Notes under the pieces: model-generated
What the model was told of the DNA's origin: nothing
What the model saw: the letters and a program-made list of their open reading frames with translations, nothing else
Databases searched by the model: none
Translations under genes and position numbers: made by a program
NCBI GenBank assembly: GCA_010015585.1
Contig: ML975149.1
Direction: 5' to 3' (one strand)
Source of the DNA: Eremomyces bilateralis CBS 781.70
Taxonomy: Eukaryota
Length of the DNA stretch: 64,000 bases
Shown: in pieces, positions 11,788 through 22,833 of the stretch
Numbering within the stretch: position 1 is the first letter of the stretch
How the letters are laid out: the number at the start of each line of letters is the position of its first letter

Positions 11788-13132
11788 CTATCTAGCTGCA
11801 CTCTCGCCACTATAAGATGCCATGCCCCCTAAGGCCCACCGAGTTCCCCAGTCAAGACCCTTAGCAGCAGCCAGCGCCTCTTGTCGACCGGTGCTCTGAG
11901 AATCAAAGTAGGGCCTTTCACCCAAGCTCACCGCGCGCGACCTAGTGCGCTCTCCCAGGCCCTTTTTGATAAAATCCGGGGTAGCAATGTGGAAGACGCT
12001 ACGATTGCCCCAGATGGCGACGTCGTTGGGGTTTTGCCAGCGCAGACGGACCTGCAAGTCATGGTTCTCAACGATTAGCTGAAGGAACCAGTCGAGGAAG
12101 TGCTTCGACTCCGCCTCGCTGAGCCCCGGGATGCTCTGGACGTGATTACCGACGGCGAAGGCGCTCCGCCACCCGGTGACGGGTTGGTGCGGATGGCGGG
12201 GTGGATGGCCTCGAGGGCTTCCCCGACGTTCTCGGGTGCACCGCACTCGGCTGTGTAGAAGGGGAAGTTGTTGCGAGCGGCAGCATTGTTTACCTCCGGC
12301 TGGGCGGAGTAGAACGTGAGCTTGTCGAGGAGCTCCGGAGCGGCTTAGAGATGCGGTCGTAGAGCTCGTACCCCCAGGCCCAGAGGGTGTCTCCGCCGGT
12401 CTTAGGGAGCTCCGTAAGTCTTAGGAGGGCGTAGTCGCTGGGGACAGGCTCGAAGGTAATGTCACTGTGCCACAGGCGCTTCTTGCTCTGCGGCAGTTTG
12501 GCGAACCGATCGGGGTACAGGGTCTTGACCTGGACGGAGGAGATTGTGCTAATCTTATCGTCGTCGCCTCTTGCCGGATGTGAGAAGTGGGTGAAGGGGT
12601 GATTGTGCAGCCCTAGCGTCGCGGGCTTTCCGGTGAGTTCACCGAGTCGCTGGACAAGTTCTTTTTGTAGGGCGTTGTCGATGTTGTCCTGCTTGCGGAA
12701 GAAGACGACGCCGCGCTGGGAGACTGGTGTTATATTAAGCAAAGGTGTCTTCATGACCTTTATTATCGGAGCTCTTACCGGTAATGGCCAAGTCGCGGAG
12801 CAGTTCGTCCGAGTTGGGTGCATGTAACCACTCGGCGAGATCAACGTTGGCAAACTCCTTGCCGATTACGGTGGTGACATCGAACTGCTCGAATTGGTCG
12901 AGGGCGCCGCTGAGTTGTAATGGCTCCTTATGCCCCGTCTGGGATTTTGGGAGTCCATCTGTAACACTGTCAGTCTTGGACTCTTGGTACGTACACAGCT
13001 GGCACAGAAGGCATCATAAGTACCGTCTTTGGGCTGGACGGCCGGGGCTTTCTCCTTGAGAGGCCCTGAGGGAACTTCCTTCGTGATGGGCGCTGTGAGG
13101 GGGACAGCATCTACGGTTGCTGAAGGAGACAT
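11788..13132 (-). pseudogene. TauD/Jlp1-like Fe(II)/2-oxoglutarate sulfonate dioxygenase, frameshifted
   Basis: QRGVVFFRKQD, WHSDITFEPVPSDY, GGDTLW, HP..RTNPVTGW, IWGNRSVFH. Two single-base deletions at about 12330 and 12181 relative to the homologous reading. Confidence 0.85.
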
Positions 13133-14231
13133 AATGCAGTAGTTTGATGCACTGATTTGAGACTTGTAGTTCGTGGACTGTAGAGTGGGCTAAAAAGCTT
13201 CTCTTGAACTGGCGAATGCTCATCGTGGCCTTCCCCTGCAAAGATCATATACGTACATTATATACGTATAGGAGTCCTCGGCATGAAGCTGTTCATCAAC
13301 AGGTAAATTCCAAAACGGGTTCTAGTGAAAATTACGCAATCCTCGTCATGCCTTGTACCACGGAGTTCGCTCGTGGTGTCTGTATAGGGGAGTGTACGGA
13401 GAACGCTAACGGACCCTAGGCTGCCGTTGCAAGCGTACATATAGGGCCATATCATGGACCAATAATAAATAATAATCGCTTTTACTGCTGAGCTGGCGCA
13501 TGCGTGGGGATAGGCACATCTGACATCGCAACCCCCCTACGTTGTCTACCCCGCGCGGCCCTTGTAAGCCATGGCGGAGTACCATACTATACATATGGTA
13601 CAGCAGATGGGACTAGAGCGGGAAACTCGAAGGTAGGTTAACTGGGACTTAACGTGCTTAACTAACACCTTGTTAAAAGAATAGTCATAACCCACCAAAT
13701 GATAGATCATTTCACTTCCCAAACGGGATTATCTAGATGTAAATAGTTCTGCCATTCCTGTGAAGATTCACCATCTGGATGACCCTTTTGGGCCTCTTTG
13801 GGCCCGGGTCGGATCATCTATTTTCCTTACCCAGCTTTCGAGGCATATAATGCCTCGTGCGAATCCTACCATCTCTCAACGGTAGCGATTCGCGCTGTTA
13901 CACATTTACACGATTACATACAATACAAATACGTTGATACAGACTTCTTGATCTATTCAGTTGCCTACAGCAATCCAATATTACCCAGGACTACCAATCC
14001 TTGACAATTCCTACCAGAACTTACTCTTGATTCAATAAATTAACCAGTGTTCAATCAACACACTGCACCTTCCTGTCCTGTTCCCTTGCACTACGAGATT
14101 TCCCAGTTCAGCGCTGACGCCACCGTTCTGCTCCCTGGCAGTTTTCGGGACAGGATGTCTAATAATCTCGCTCTAAGGTGATCAATCAAATCCCAACGCA
14201 TCCGAAGTTGCCTCATCTCAAAGGGGTAAAG

Positions 14232-14657
14232 ATGCCAACACGTCCGCGCATCACCACCATTCTCCCATGCACCAACCTAGCCTCCGCGACTTGTTTCTTC
14301 CTTCGTCTCGGCTTCAACGCGCCGTCCAAGGATGAAATGAACGAATGGGACCAGTACCTCATGCTCGACCACCCTAATGGCTCCGAAATTCATCTGAGGG
14401 AGATTGGACCAGACGAGGAAGGGTGGCTGGAGCCACATAAGAACTCGTTTGGCATCTATGTCTATTCCGAGGACGTAGAAGCACTAGCCATGGAGTTTGC
14501 CAACGAGATCATCGAGCAGGGGAAGAAGCCCGAGATCAAGGAATGGGGTTTGCTTGAGTTTAGTCTAAACGGTCCGGATGGGTGTTTGGTCCGGGTCGGA
14601 TGGCCTGTGGGGGACATTGAGATGGGCAAGAGGAAGGTTGGGGAAAAGAGTGAATAA
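14232..14657 (+). CDS. VOC-fold glyoxalase/bleomycin-resistance family protein, intronless (141 aa)
   Basis: TILPCTNLASATCFFLRLGF...IHL...GIYVYSEDVEALA...PEIKEWGLLEFSLNGPDGCLVRVG. Confidence 0.85.
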   Translation: MPTRPRITTILPCTNLASATCFFLRLGFNAPSKDEMNEWDQYLMLDHPNGSEIHLREIGPDEEGWLEPHKNSFGIYVYSEDVEALAMEFANEIIEQGKKPEIKEWGLLEFSLNGPDGCLVRVGWPVGDIEMGKRKVGEKSE

Positions 14658-15494
14658 CAAGTGAGCGCAGAACATTGGGTGTATTCAGTGTGGATCACTG
14701 TCCATGCCTCATATCAGGTCTTCACAAAGCGCGTGCATCGCCCGCAAGAGGAACAACAAGGGAGATACTGCACATACAACCAAAAGTTGGCATGTTATTA
14801 GTGAATAACCGATGAATTAGAATGTATTCATTCTACCTAGTCAGAATGGAATTCAACCTGAGCAGCAAGACGGTGAAAGTGCTCGTACTCCATTCTTCCA
14901 GCTGCTTTTGGTCCGCATAGAATGTCGCCTACTGTATCTGACCATGGCGGAAAGTCATGCTCAAAGATAGGATCGCCAGCGCCTTTCATGTTCACTAGAA
15001 CAGCCTGTCTGAAGTGCTATCGCAGAAGCTCATCGACAGGTCGTTGAGTGTTACCCAAGAACTCTTTATCAAGATGCTTCCCAGCAAGATCTGAAGCACT
15101 AAAAGAGAAAGACACGACTTTGTAGTTGCCCTAATGTAATCGTTAGCGGCTGAAACTCCAGTTTGAGAAAAGGCTAGGTATGCGTCGGGTTTGATTGAGA
15201 AGTGATAGGAATCAAGAGCTGATGATATTAGTTCGAAGTAGTGGTCCGTTTTGTACTGAGCTTATCATTCCGCCTTTTTTCGGTCGAACCTGCCTAGTCT
15301 TCAATCTATAAAATCATTGATAGCCATATTCCAACTTTGGGTTGAACTCTGCGTTTTGCAAAATGTACGATAGAATACTTTCTGATATTTTTGAGGCTGA
15401 AGGCTAAAGCATTGATATGCGAAACGTCGCTAACCCCTATTTATCCAAATTTCGCCCTTCAAGCTTGACTAACTAGCTGAAACTCGGCAAGAAT

Positions 15495-15601
15495 AAATAC
15501 AAGCACAACGATACAGCGGCAGCTTTTCGGCGGTAGATGGGGTATCCTAGTGGGGACCAAATTTCAACTGTGGCGTCAATAAGGCGGGCAGAGCGTAGTT
15601 T
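15495..15601 (+). repeat. Dispersed repeat copy A (homologous to 22273..22357), probable TE relic
   Basis: Shared AAATACAAGC.CAACGATA...GGGGTATCCTAG...TTTCA.CTGT.GCGTCAATAA.G.GGGCAGAG..TAGTTT. Confidence 0.7.
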
Positions 15602-16781
15602 ACCCACTTATCCCCCGAATTCCTCACTAGATTGTAAACGAAATCTTTCCTGAAATCGCTCTTTTCTCCCTAGGTTACTATTAGACTTGAAACCTTAAAT
15701 GAACAACAGCTAGTTAGTTAAGATAAATCTATAGTTATGTATCGGCCTTACGGCCTAGGACGGATACCTTGCAGCCTTGCAAAAAGGCTGGATATATATA
15801 CCACTCGTGAGCGGGGGAGAGCTTCTCTTTTTAGCAATTCAACGTTTTCAGTCACCAGTGACACGGTCTGGATGCGCAAGGTCTGCGATTACCAAGTTCC
15901 ATTAATCTAAACTGAAGAGAGAGAGAGAGAGAAGAAATCTCCCTGCACCTTTTGTGCGCGAGATAGCGACTCTCCTCTCCAATGCCCTCATGCTGTGTTA
16001 CCATGTTTGTTTGCTTCTCTGATATAATCCACCAGCCACGTCTTCAGCCACAACCAAGGGAACAGGCCGCAGGCCTGGGACCATAACACCCGATGCTTGT
16101 GTCTTGCAAAAAATGCTGATATGTAAAAAACCAGACTGCGTCAGAATCGTCAACCAACCACCGCAGTCGAAGCACCAGTTCGTAGCTATTCTCTGCTCTC
16201 TGGAGACGCTGGGTTCAGTCGTACGCTGCGCCGAGAGGAGGTTCGATCTGACATCGTCTAAATTTCACTGGGCTGTCAAGAAACGATAGAGGATTCGATT
16301 GAACGTATCAATTTTACTGTGCGACGGCTCGTTGTGAAGAAAAACGAAGTTGAAGTAGTTAAATTGCTCTCATACAAACGATCTCGACTTCGGCCAAAAA
16401 TCAATGACATGATCCTCAGGCTATTTGGTAGAGAACCTTGCTAATTAGGTATAGTGCGGTTCGTTGCATCAGGGCTCAGGCACTACCGCAATGGCCTGAG
16501 CGTGCTGAGGTAAGTTTGCTCATAGATGTAAATAGCAGATCGCAGTGAGAGAGATCTTTTCCTTTTCTCTTTAGCAATTCAACAGCGTTACCAGCTTACT
16601 AAATCCTTAGTGATTTAGGCCTATGACAGTCCGCGTCGATTTTAGTATGGTCAGTGCCAACTCCCATAGAAAAATAAATAAATAAATCACCAGTGCTGCG
16701 ATGGTGAAATATTATTCAAGTCAGCGAGGGTTCAGAGGCGCTGGGTGTCGTCTAGATCTCCTCGGTCGTATCTAATGCGGT

Positions 16782-18583
16782 CTATGAGCCGAATCTAAAG
16801 TCTAGCCGTTTATTTCCTTTATCCGTCGTAGTTGCCAGGTAGTTCTCCTTCTCTTCGCCACTCATGGCATCCCACTTCTTTGCGCGGATCTTGTTGTGGT
16901 AGACATAAAAGAACTTGGTCCCAGCGATCAGAAATATGTTGTATATGGCAATTCCAATGAGGATACGGTTTCCAGTTCGATATAAGGGCTTGTCCTCTTC
17001 GCGGTAAATCTGGAAGTATGGCTAGTGAGCATTCTCATAAGCAGAAAGGAATGGAGTTGGCGGCCTTACGTTGGAAGAAATAATCGAGCTCGCTTGGCAA
17101 CACATATTGTAGAAAGCTGTTGCGAATGTTCTGGTGCGCACTGTTCCTGCATTTCGGGAGGTGACTGCAACAACGATCGCGTGCGCATACGGATGTCCGA
17201 CAAGGAGAGTGGACAAAATCCATTTCACCCACGGGCTTGAGGCTGATGGAATCACTGCCAGGGCAATCAGAATTGGCAAGGACCAAACTTGGCTGATTAG
17301 CGCGACTATGAACCGCTGATCCATCTTTTCGGAGAGCCAAGTCCAGAAGAGCGCTTGCGCGATAAACAATGCGGATGCAGGTATTGTTAACAAATTGGTC
17401 TTGAAAGTATCAAACCCGACGGAACGAAGCTGCAATGTCAAGTAAGCCACCATTGGATGATTCGGGATGAGCCAGGTCAAGCCCATAAGATAGATAGGCC
17501 ACATATGGTAATCTGTTAGGCAAAGCCAGATTTCTTTAAGGTTCAGCCCCTCACGATTATGCATGTCGCCTTTTGAAGGATCATCCCGGAGAATCCGGTT
17601 GACCATGATCTTCTCTTGATGTTCAGTGAACCAGCCGTCTTTGCCTCTAAACCGGGACTTGGTCTGTGTGGGTGACGGTGGAAGATAAAAGGCGGATGCA
17701 ATGCCGATCAGCCCGGTCAAGGTTCCTTCTAAGGCAAATAACCATCGCCATCCTTCCATTCCATTGACGCCGCGTAACCGCAGAATACCATAGGCAAGAA
17801 ACGCGGAGATAACGCTGGTGCTCTGATATGCGGTCCAGAAATAGCTGAGGCGAATGGGTAACTCGGGGCTAGTGTAGAAGTACGACATGTAAAGGATAGC
17901 ATCCGGAATGAAGCCGCCTTCAATCAATCCGAGGAGGGAGCGGCAGGCGTAAAAAGACGATTTGCCGCTGAGGAATGCTTGGAGGCTGGCAACAAGACTC
18001 CATGAGACCATTTGAATGGGGATCCAACGATCGGGTCCGAGTCTCTTTGAAATGAGCTGAGATGGTACTTCAGCGACCAAGAAACTGCAGTAGAATATGG
18101 TCATTCCAGTGTTATACTCGTTGGTAGTGATGTTAAGGTCGTCGAGCATGTTGTCTGAGAGTGCTTGGCTGATATTCCCTCGATCAAGTTGTCTTTCCAC
18201 AGTATTAGTAGGTGGATAGCAGTTCATGGAAAAGGGACTGACAATGCGAAGAACATTAAACACACCCAAGAGCATATCTTGAAGTCAATCTGTGATGGTG
18301 TTAACTTAGTGGGATCAAATCTAGAAGGGTAATAATTTACCCTCCGAACAACTTTCTTCTCATCCTCTTTCGACCATGTGTAACTGGGATCATAGCGATG
18401 ATACCCTTCGTAGGAATTAATGGGCTTATAGAAATCTTGAAGGCCGGAGTCGTTATCGAATGTAGTGGCTCCTTTGGTCCACAGGGCTGCCTCAAGGACG
18501 CCTGCGCTCTTTGAGATAGATTCAGAGCTAGTACGTCGGCCACCAGAGGCTCTTGAGATTGAGTGTTTTCTGTCGTCCAGCAT
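16782..18583 (-). CDS. MFS transporter, Dal5/allantoate-permease family, Soa1(YIL166C)/AstA-like sulfonate/sulfate subgroup; 4 exons, apparently intact
   Basis: KIC-SWVCLMFFALQLDRGNISQALSDNMLDDL, GPDRWIPIQM, EGGFIPD, GWRWLFALEG, ILRDDPSKGDMHNR and C-terminal GNKRLDFRF. Confidence 0.88.
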
Positions 18584-18836
18584 GTTGATTGTCTCTGCTA
18601 GGGGATTGGATAGAGAGCATCAATGGTTAGGACATTCAAGAGGGATCCGAAACTTATATTCATCGCTGAGTGACTTCCATCTACACCCTATCATGGCACC
18701 ATAATGGCTGCTTGCGTACCTAAATCCCACTCCTGCCCGGAAATCTCATTTTCCCCACATTATCAGACGAAGAAAACATGCTACTAACGGGTGCGAGTAA
18801 GGAGTGAACGACGAAGAGTATACGAGCTAGCTAATA

Positions 18837-19031
18837 GTAAGAGACTGACTATAGCACGCGACTGATGGAGTATATTGCGAAATATGCGGAGAATATAGAG
18901 TAAGAGATTGACTATAGCACGCAACTGATGCAGTATATCACGAAATATGCAGAGAACATAGAGCAAGAGATTGACTATAGCACGCAACTGATGGAGTATC
19001 CCACGAAATATGCGGAGAACATAGAGTAAGA
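18837..19031 (+). repeat. Tandem repeat, 3 x 63 bp plus a partial fourth copy
   Basis: Units start at 18837, 18900, 18963 and 19026 (G[T/C]AAGAGA[C/T]TGACTATAGCACGC.ACTGATG.AGTAT...CGAAATATGC.GAGAA.ATAGA). Confidence 0.9.
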
Positions 19032-20362
19032 TAGTAACAGATGAACGGGGTATACCTAGCCATAGAGGTGTTCTCTAAGTGTTGTGGTAGGATCAAGATA
19101 CGTTCTGAAATAGACGTGATGACTCGGTAAATCGTGTGCTCCAGGGGGAGCTCTAACAACACGTAGAGCGGAACATTCGAGTCTGTGAATCCCACGCTGA
19201 TATAAACCCCCTGCGATGCTACTTGAAATGCTAAAAATGACATTGAAAATATTAGGTAAAATACGGAGAAACATAATAGCGAAGCGTTTAGCTCTTGGAT
19301 ATCGGTATATACGGTAACTGAGGAAAGGACGAGTGGACTGACTCGCTCAACCGAAGCATGGTGCAACTCCGCCACGTATTAATCGTGATATATGCCTGGA
19401 TACTGTACATATCGAGCGGTCCGTATGTACCTTGGATCGTAGTTCTGGTGTCTTCTCGATGGACAAGTGGAAGCCACGTCCCAGAATCCGTAGACATGAG
19501 TCGTGAAGTCTTGGGTCATTCCAGCTCATCATCGGCCTGAACGGAACCCAGCCAGTCGCCGCCCGCAAATAAAAGCTTAAACGAACACGAACCCGTATAA
19601 TATCAGAATGTCACACATGCATGGGTCTGCTGTGCAAGGGCAGGGTGCCTCAGGGGTTGAGCAGGAAACGGGGATGCATCAGGTGAGGAGACATAATTAG
19701 AGTTTGCCTATCTCCGCGGTCTCTTACCTTTCACGTCAAATTGCCTAATGCAGCGATACACTGGCACAATTCGGTGCACTAGGAAAAGGATTAGTGAGAC
19801 CCAAGCAAATAAGTCTTCGCCAGATCCAGTAATTAGTTGGGATGTCGGACATGAAACAAAGACCAAAGTTGATTTCATCACATTTCGTAACGGGAGATTT
19901 TTGTTATTGCACGTGACTGGGGCCCGGCTGGGTGCAAATAAGAATCGCGACGCGTTCCGTGCATCCACCATAAGGCCAGCTCACAGCTGGGATAGAAATG
20001 TGTAAGCAAGTTACAACCTGGAGGACAATCCTAGAGTAGTAGTAGTAGGTTAATAGACTTGATTCGATGGATGGAGCAGTCTTGCTGCCCTAGAATGGTG
20101 CAGTAACATAGAGTACGTGATCATCTGGGATCATCTGTCAAGACTGAGCTTGTCCACTGTGATACCTGACACCAGCAACGATGGATAGACAATAATAAAG
20201 TTGCACAATCTGTAAGCTATATTCGAAAATACGCGGAGGGTTTTAAAAATGTGCTGAATATCCGGGAGGATAGATAAAAGCAGGACTCAACGACACTCAA
20301 AAGGGAAGTAGAGACTTAAATTATACTTTGAACCCATTCATAAAAGAAACACGTTAGCAAAT

Positions 20363-21732
20363 ATGGCACCCACAGCAACTGTGGCACCCGCAGTGACGGA
20401 ACAGGATGCTCCAATCGTTACCAAAGGCAGACCGCAGCCGTTAGTATCGTCAGGCATCCTTGATCAATTCGAGCAATTTGATGCAACCCCAATCATCGGC
20501 ACGGAGTTCTCAAGTGCCAACCTGGTCGAGTGGATTAATGCTCCAAATGCAGATGAACTCTTGAAGGAGTTGGCCATCAAAAGAAAGCACCCTATACTAA
20601 TATAGGCATTGGTTCAACGACTCGGCGAACTGACGGGAAAGCCGAAAACCTCGGGCCTGCACATTCACCCGATATTGAACCCTAGCCAGGAGTTTGGAGG
20701 ATCCGATCCGGAGATCAGCACAATCAGCTCTGCCCAGCGCAAGAAGCTTTACAGCGTCCCTGAAGGTGAAAAACTCACCGCAAGGCCTCAGGCCGCTGAA
20801 TAATGGCATTCGGATAGGATCTCGAGTGTCGTCGGCAGGTGGAGTGTCAAATTCAACATAGTTTGTATCAGCGGTGATACTAGGGTCGATGTGGGTGTCG
20901 TTCGAAAAGTCCTACACTGATTAAGATAGATTCAACCCTCAAATAAGCTGTATTACTTACCCGCAGGTGCATCATGGTTGTCAATAGAGTATAATTGATA
21001 TTAATGGTGGTGGTAATGGTTTTGACATCGCTACATCCTGTTTGATACCCTGGTCGATACCCTGGTCGGTGGCTGCTACGCTAAAAACGCCTTCGTGATT
21101 TAAAAATCGCGACAGGATAAGGGATAGACACCCTCTGGGCATCCGAATACGAGCTCTACGACCGTATTGGTGAACCATACCAGAAGTTCCTTGAAGGTCT
21201 TACGGGGACCTTCGCCCAACCGGGATTCAACGCCGCTGCAGCTCGAGGTGGCTTCGAGCTCTATGACAAGCTCCGTGGTGCACCCGAAAATGATGGTAGC
21301 TCGTTCAAAGCAGTGCACCCCATTGTGAGAACCAACCCTGTGACTGGTTGGAAGAGCCTTTTCCCCCTTGGAAACCATATCCAGTATATCAATGGCGTGA
21401 CGGAAGAAGAGTCAAAGTCTCTCCTGAGCTGGTTCTTGGACTTGGTATACAAGAACCACGACCTGCAGGTCCGCCTCAAATGGAAAAACACGAACGATAT
21501 CGGTAAGCTTCCCGTAGTCCCAAAGGAGTTAAGGCTCGGAGCTGACATATGACTAGCGATCTGGGACAACAGAAGCACCTTCCACCGCGCAACCTTCGAT
21601 TATGACGGCCAGGGTGAGCGCTTCGGTAACCGAGCGGTAGAATTGGGTGAGCGCCCGTATTATGATCCCAATAGCAAGTCACGCAGAGAAGCTCTGCGCG
21701 AGCATGCTCCTAATGAGAAGATTCTGGTATGA
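20363..21732 (+). pseudogene. Second TauD/Jlp1-like dioxygenase, disrupted
   Basis: TPIIGTEF...LVEW...ELLKELA; the RGVVFF segment is deleted; in-frame TAA directly before WHSD; about 310 bp of foreign sequence before DTLWAS; then HPIVRTNPVTGW, IWDNRSTFH and GERPYYDP. Confidence 0.88.
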
Positions 21733-22272
21733 TTAAGTCCGTGAAAATCTCCGGAGCTCATTCGCGGCCTTACAGTCTACAGCCATCTATTCATGTTAAA
21801 CCAATTAGGGAGACAAATTGATCTTATGATGAATGAAATAATAGCTTCTGAACTAGGTCCCGTGCGTGATTGAAAAGACTAGAATAGCGACCCTGTGGAG
21901 ATCTTGGGGTTTGGTGGTACACGAATGCGGATAGCCCATCGGAGTATATCAAGGGGCATTAAAGAAAAGTGTGAGTAGCCATTCAAGGCGGGTTTAGCAG
22001 GAAAAAAAATGACGATTAATTGGAGAGAGTGAGATAGATACCCCCGTCAGGCCTCTCTTCAAGCCTTGATGTCGAATCCTACCAACTGCACTAAATCCCC
22101 AAAAAGGGACGCCCCTACTAGGAACCTAGGAGAAGGGCAGATATAGCTTCTTTTGACACTTGAGGCCCATGCCCGCCACGATTAGGTTTCCAGCAATTAG
22201 TAAGCTGTTGCAAAAGTCAGATGTTACTTATAAATCTTTTATTTCCCGTGCGATAGAGCAGAAACGTGGTAA

Positions 22273-22357
22273 AAATACAAGCGCAACGATAGATAGGGGT
22301 ATCCTAGCGTAGCCACACTTTCACCTGTAGCGTCAATAAAGTGGGCAGAGGTAGTTT
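22273..22357 (+). repeat. Dispersed repeat copy B (homologous to 15495..15601)
   Basis: Direct-orientation similarity to copy A with an internal deletion of about 20 bp. Confidence 0.7.
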
Positions 22358-22833
22358 GCTCCAGGGATTTGCTCCTCAGTCCTTAGCGGCGGGAATTGCT
22401 ACGGTAATTAAGGGACCAATTACCAATACCAGTACTCGAGCTGGTGGAAACTACAAAGTACAAACACTCGCACGATATCGAGGTACCAGGATGGAACCAC
22501 ATCCCTGTAATATCAGATAAGTTCAACCTCCACCGATGTCTGGCTGTGAGGCAGTATCTCGTGTAGCCTCCTCCTCATAACGGTTCCTGGCTGGGAGGTC
22601 GTGTCTCCGAAGGTTGACATTAAGTACTCGGTATTTACATGCTCAGACGGCCCAGTTGTATGACACGAATAAGGGATGACTGTCGACAGGCGTATACTGT
22701 ATTATACCCAACATAAATAAATGACTTTCAATTTTTACCACGGACTTTTAAGGTTGGTAAAATGCTTGACTGATCACCACTCTCACCCCCTTCCTTCCAC
22801 CAACCACCCGATATCCCCCTATCCGCCTACTGC

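Noticed and set aside
18837..19031. CRISPR-like array
   Set aside because: Units are contiguous with no unique spacers, and the context is eukaryotic; it is a tandem repeat.
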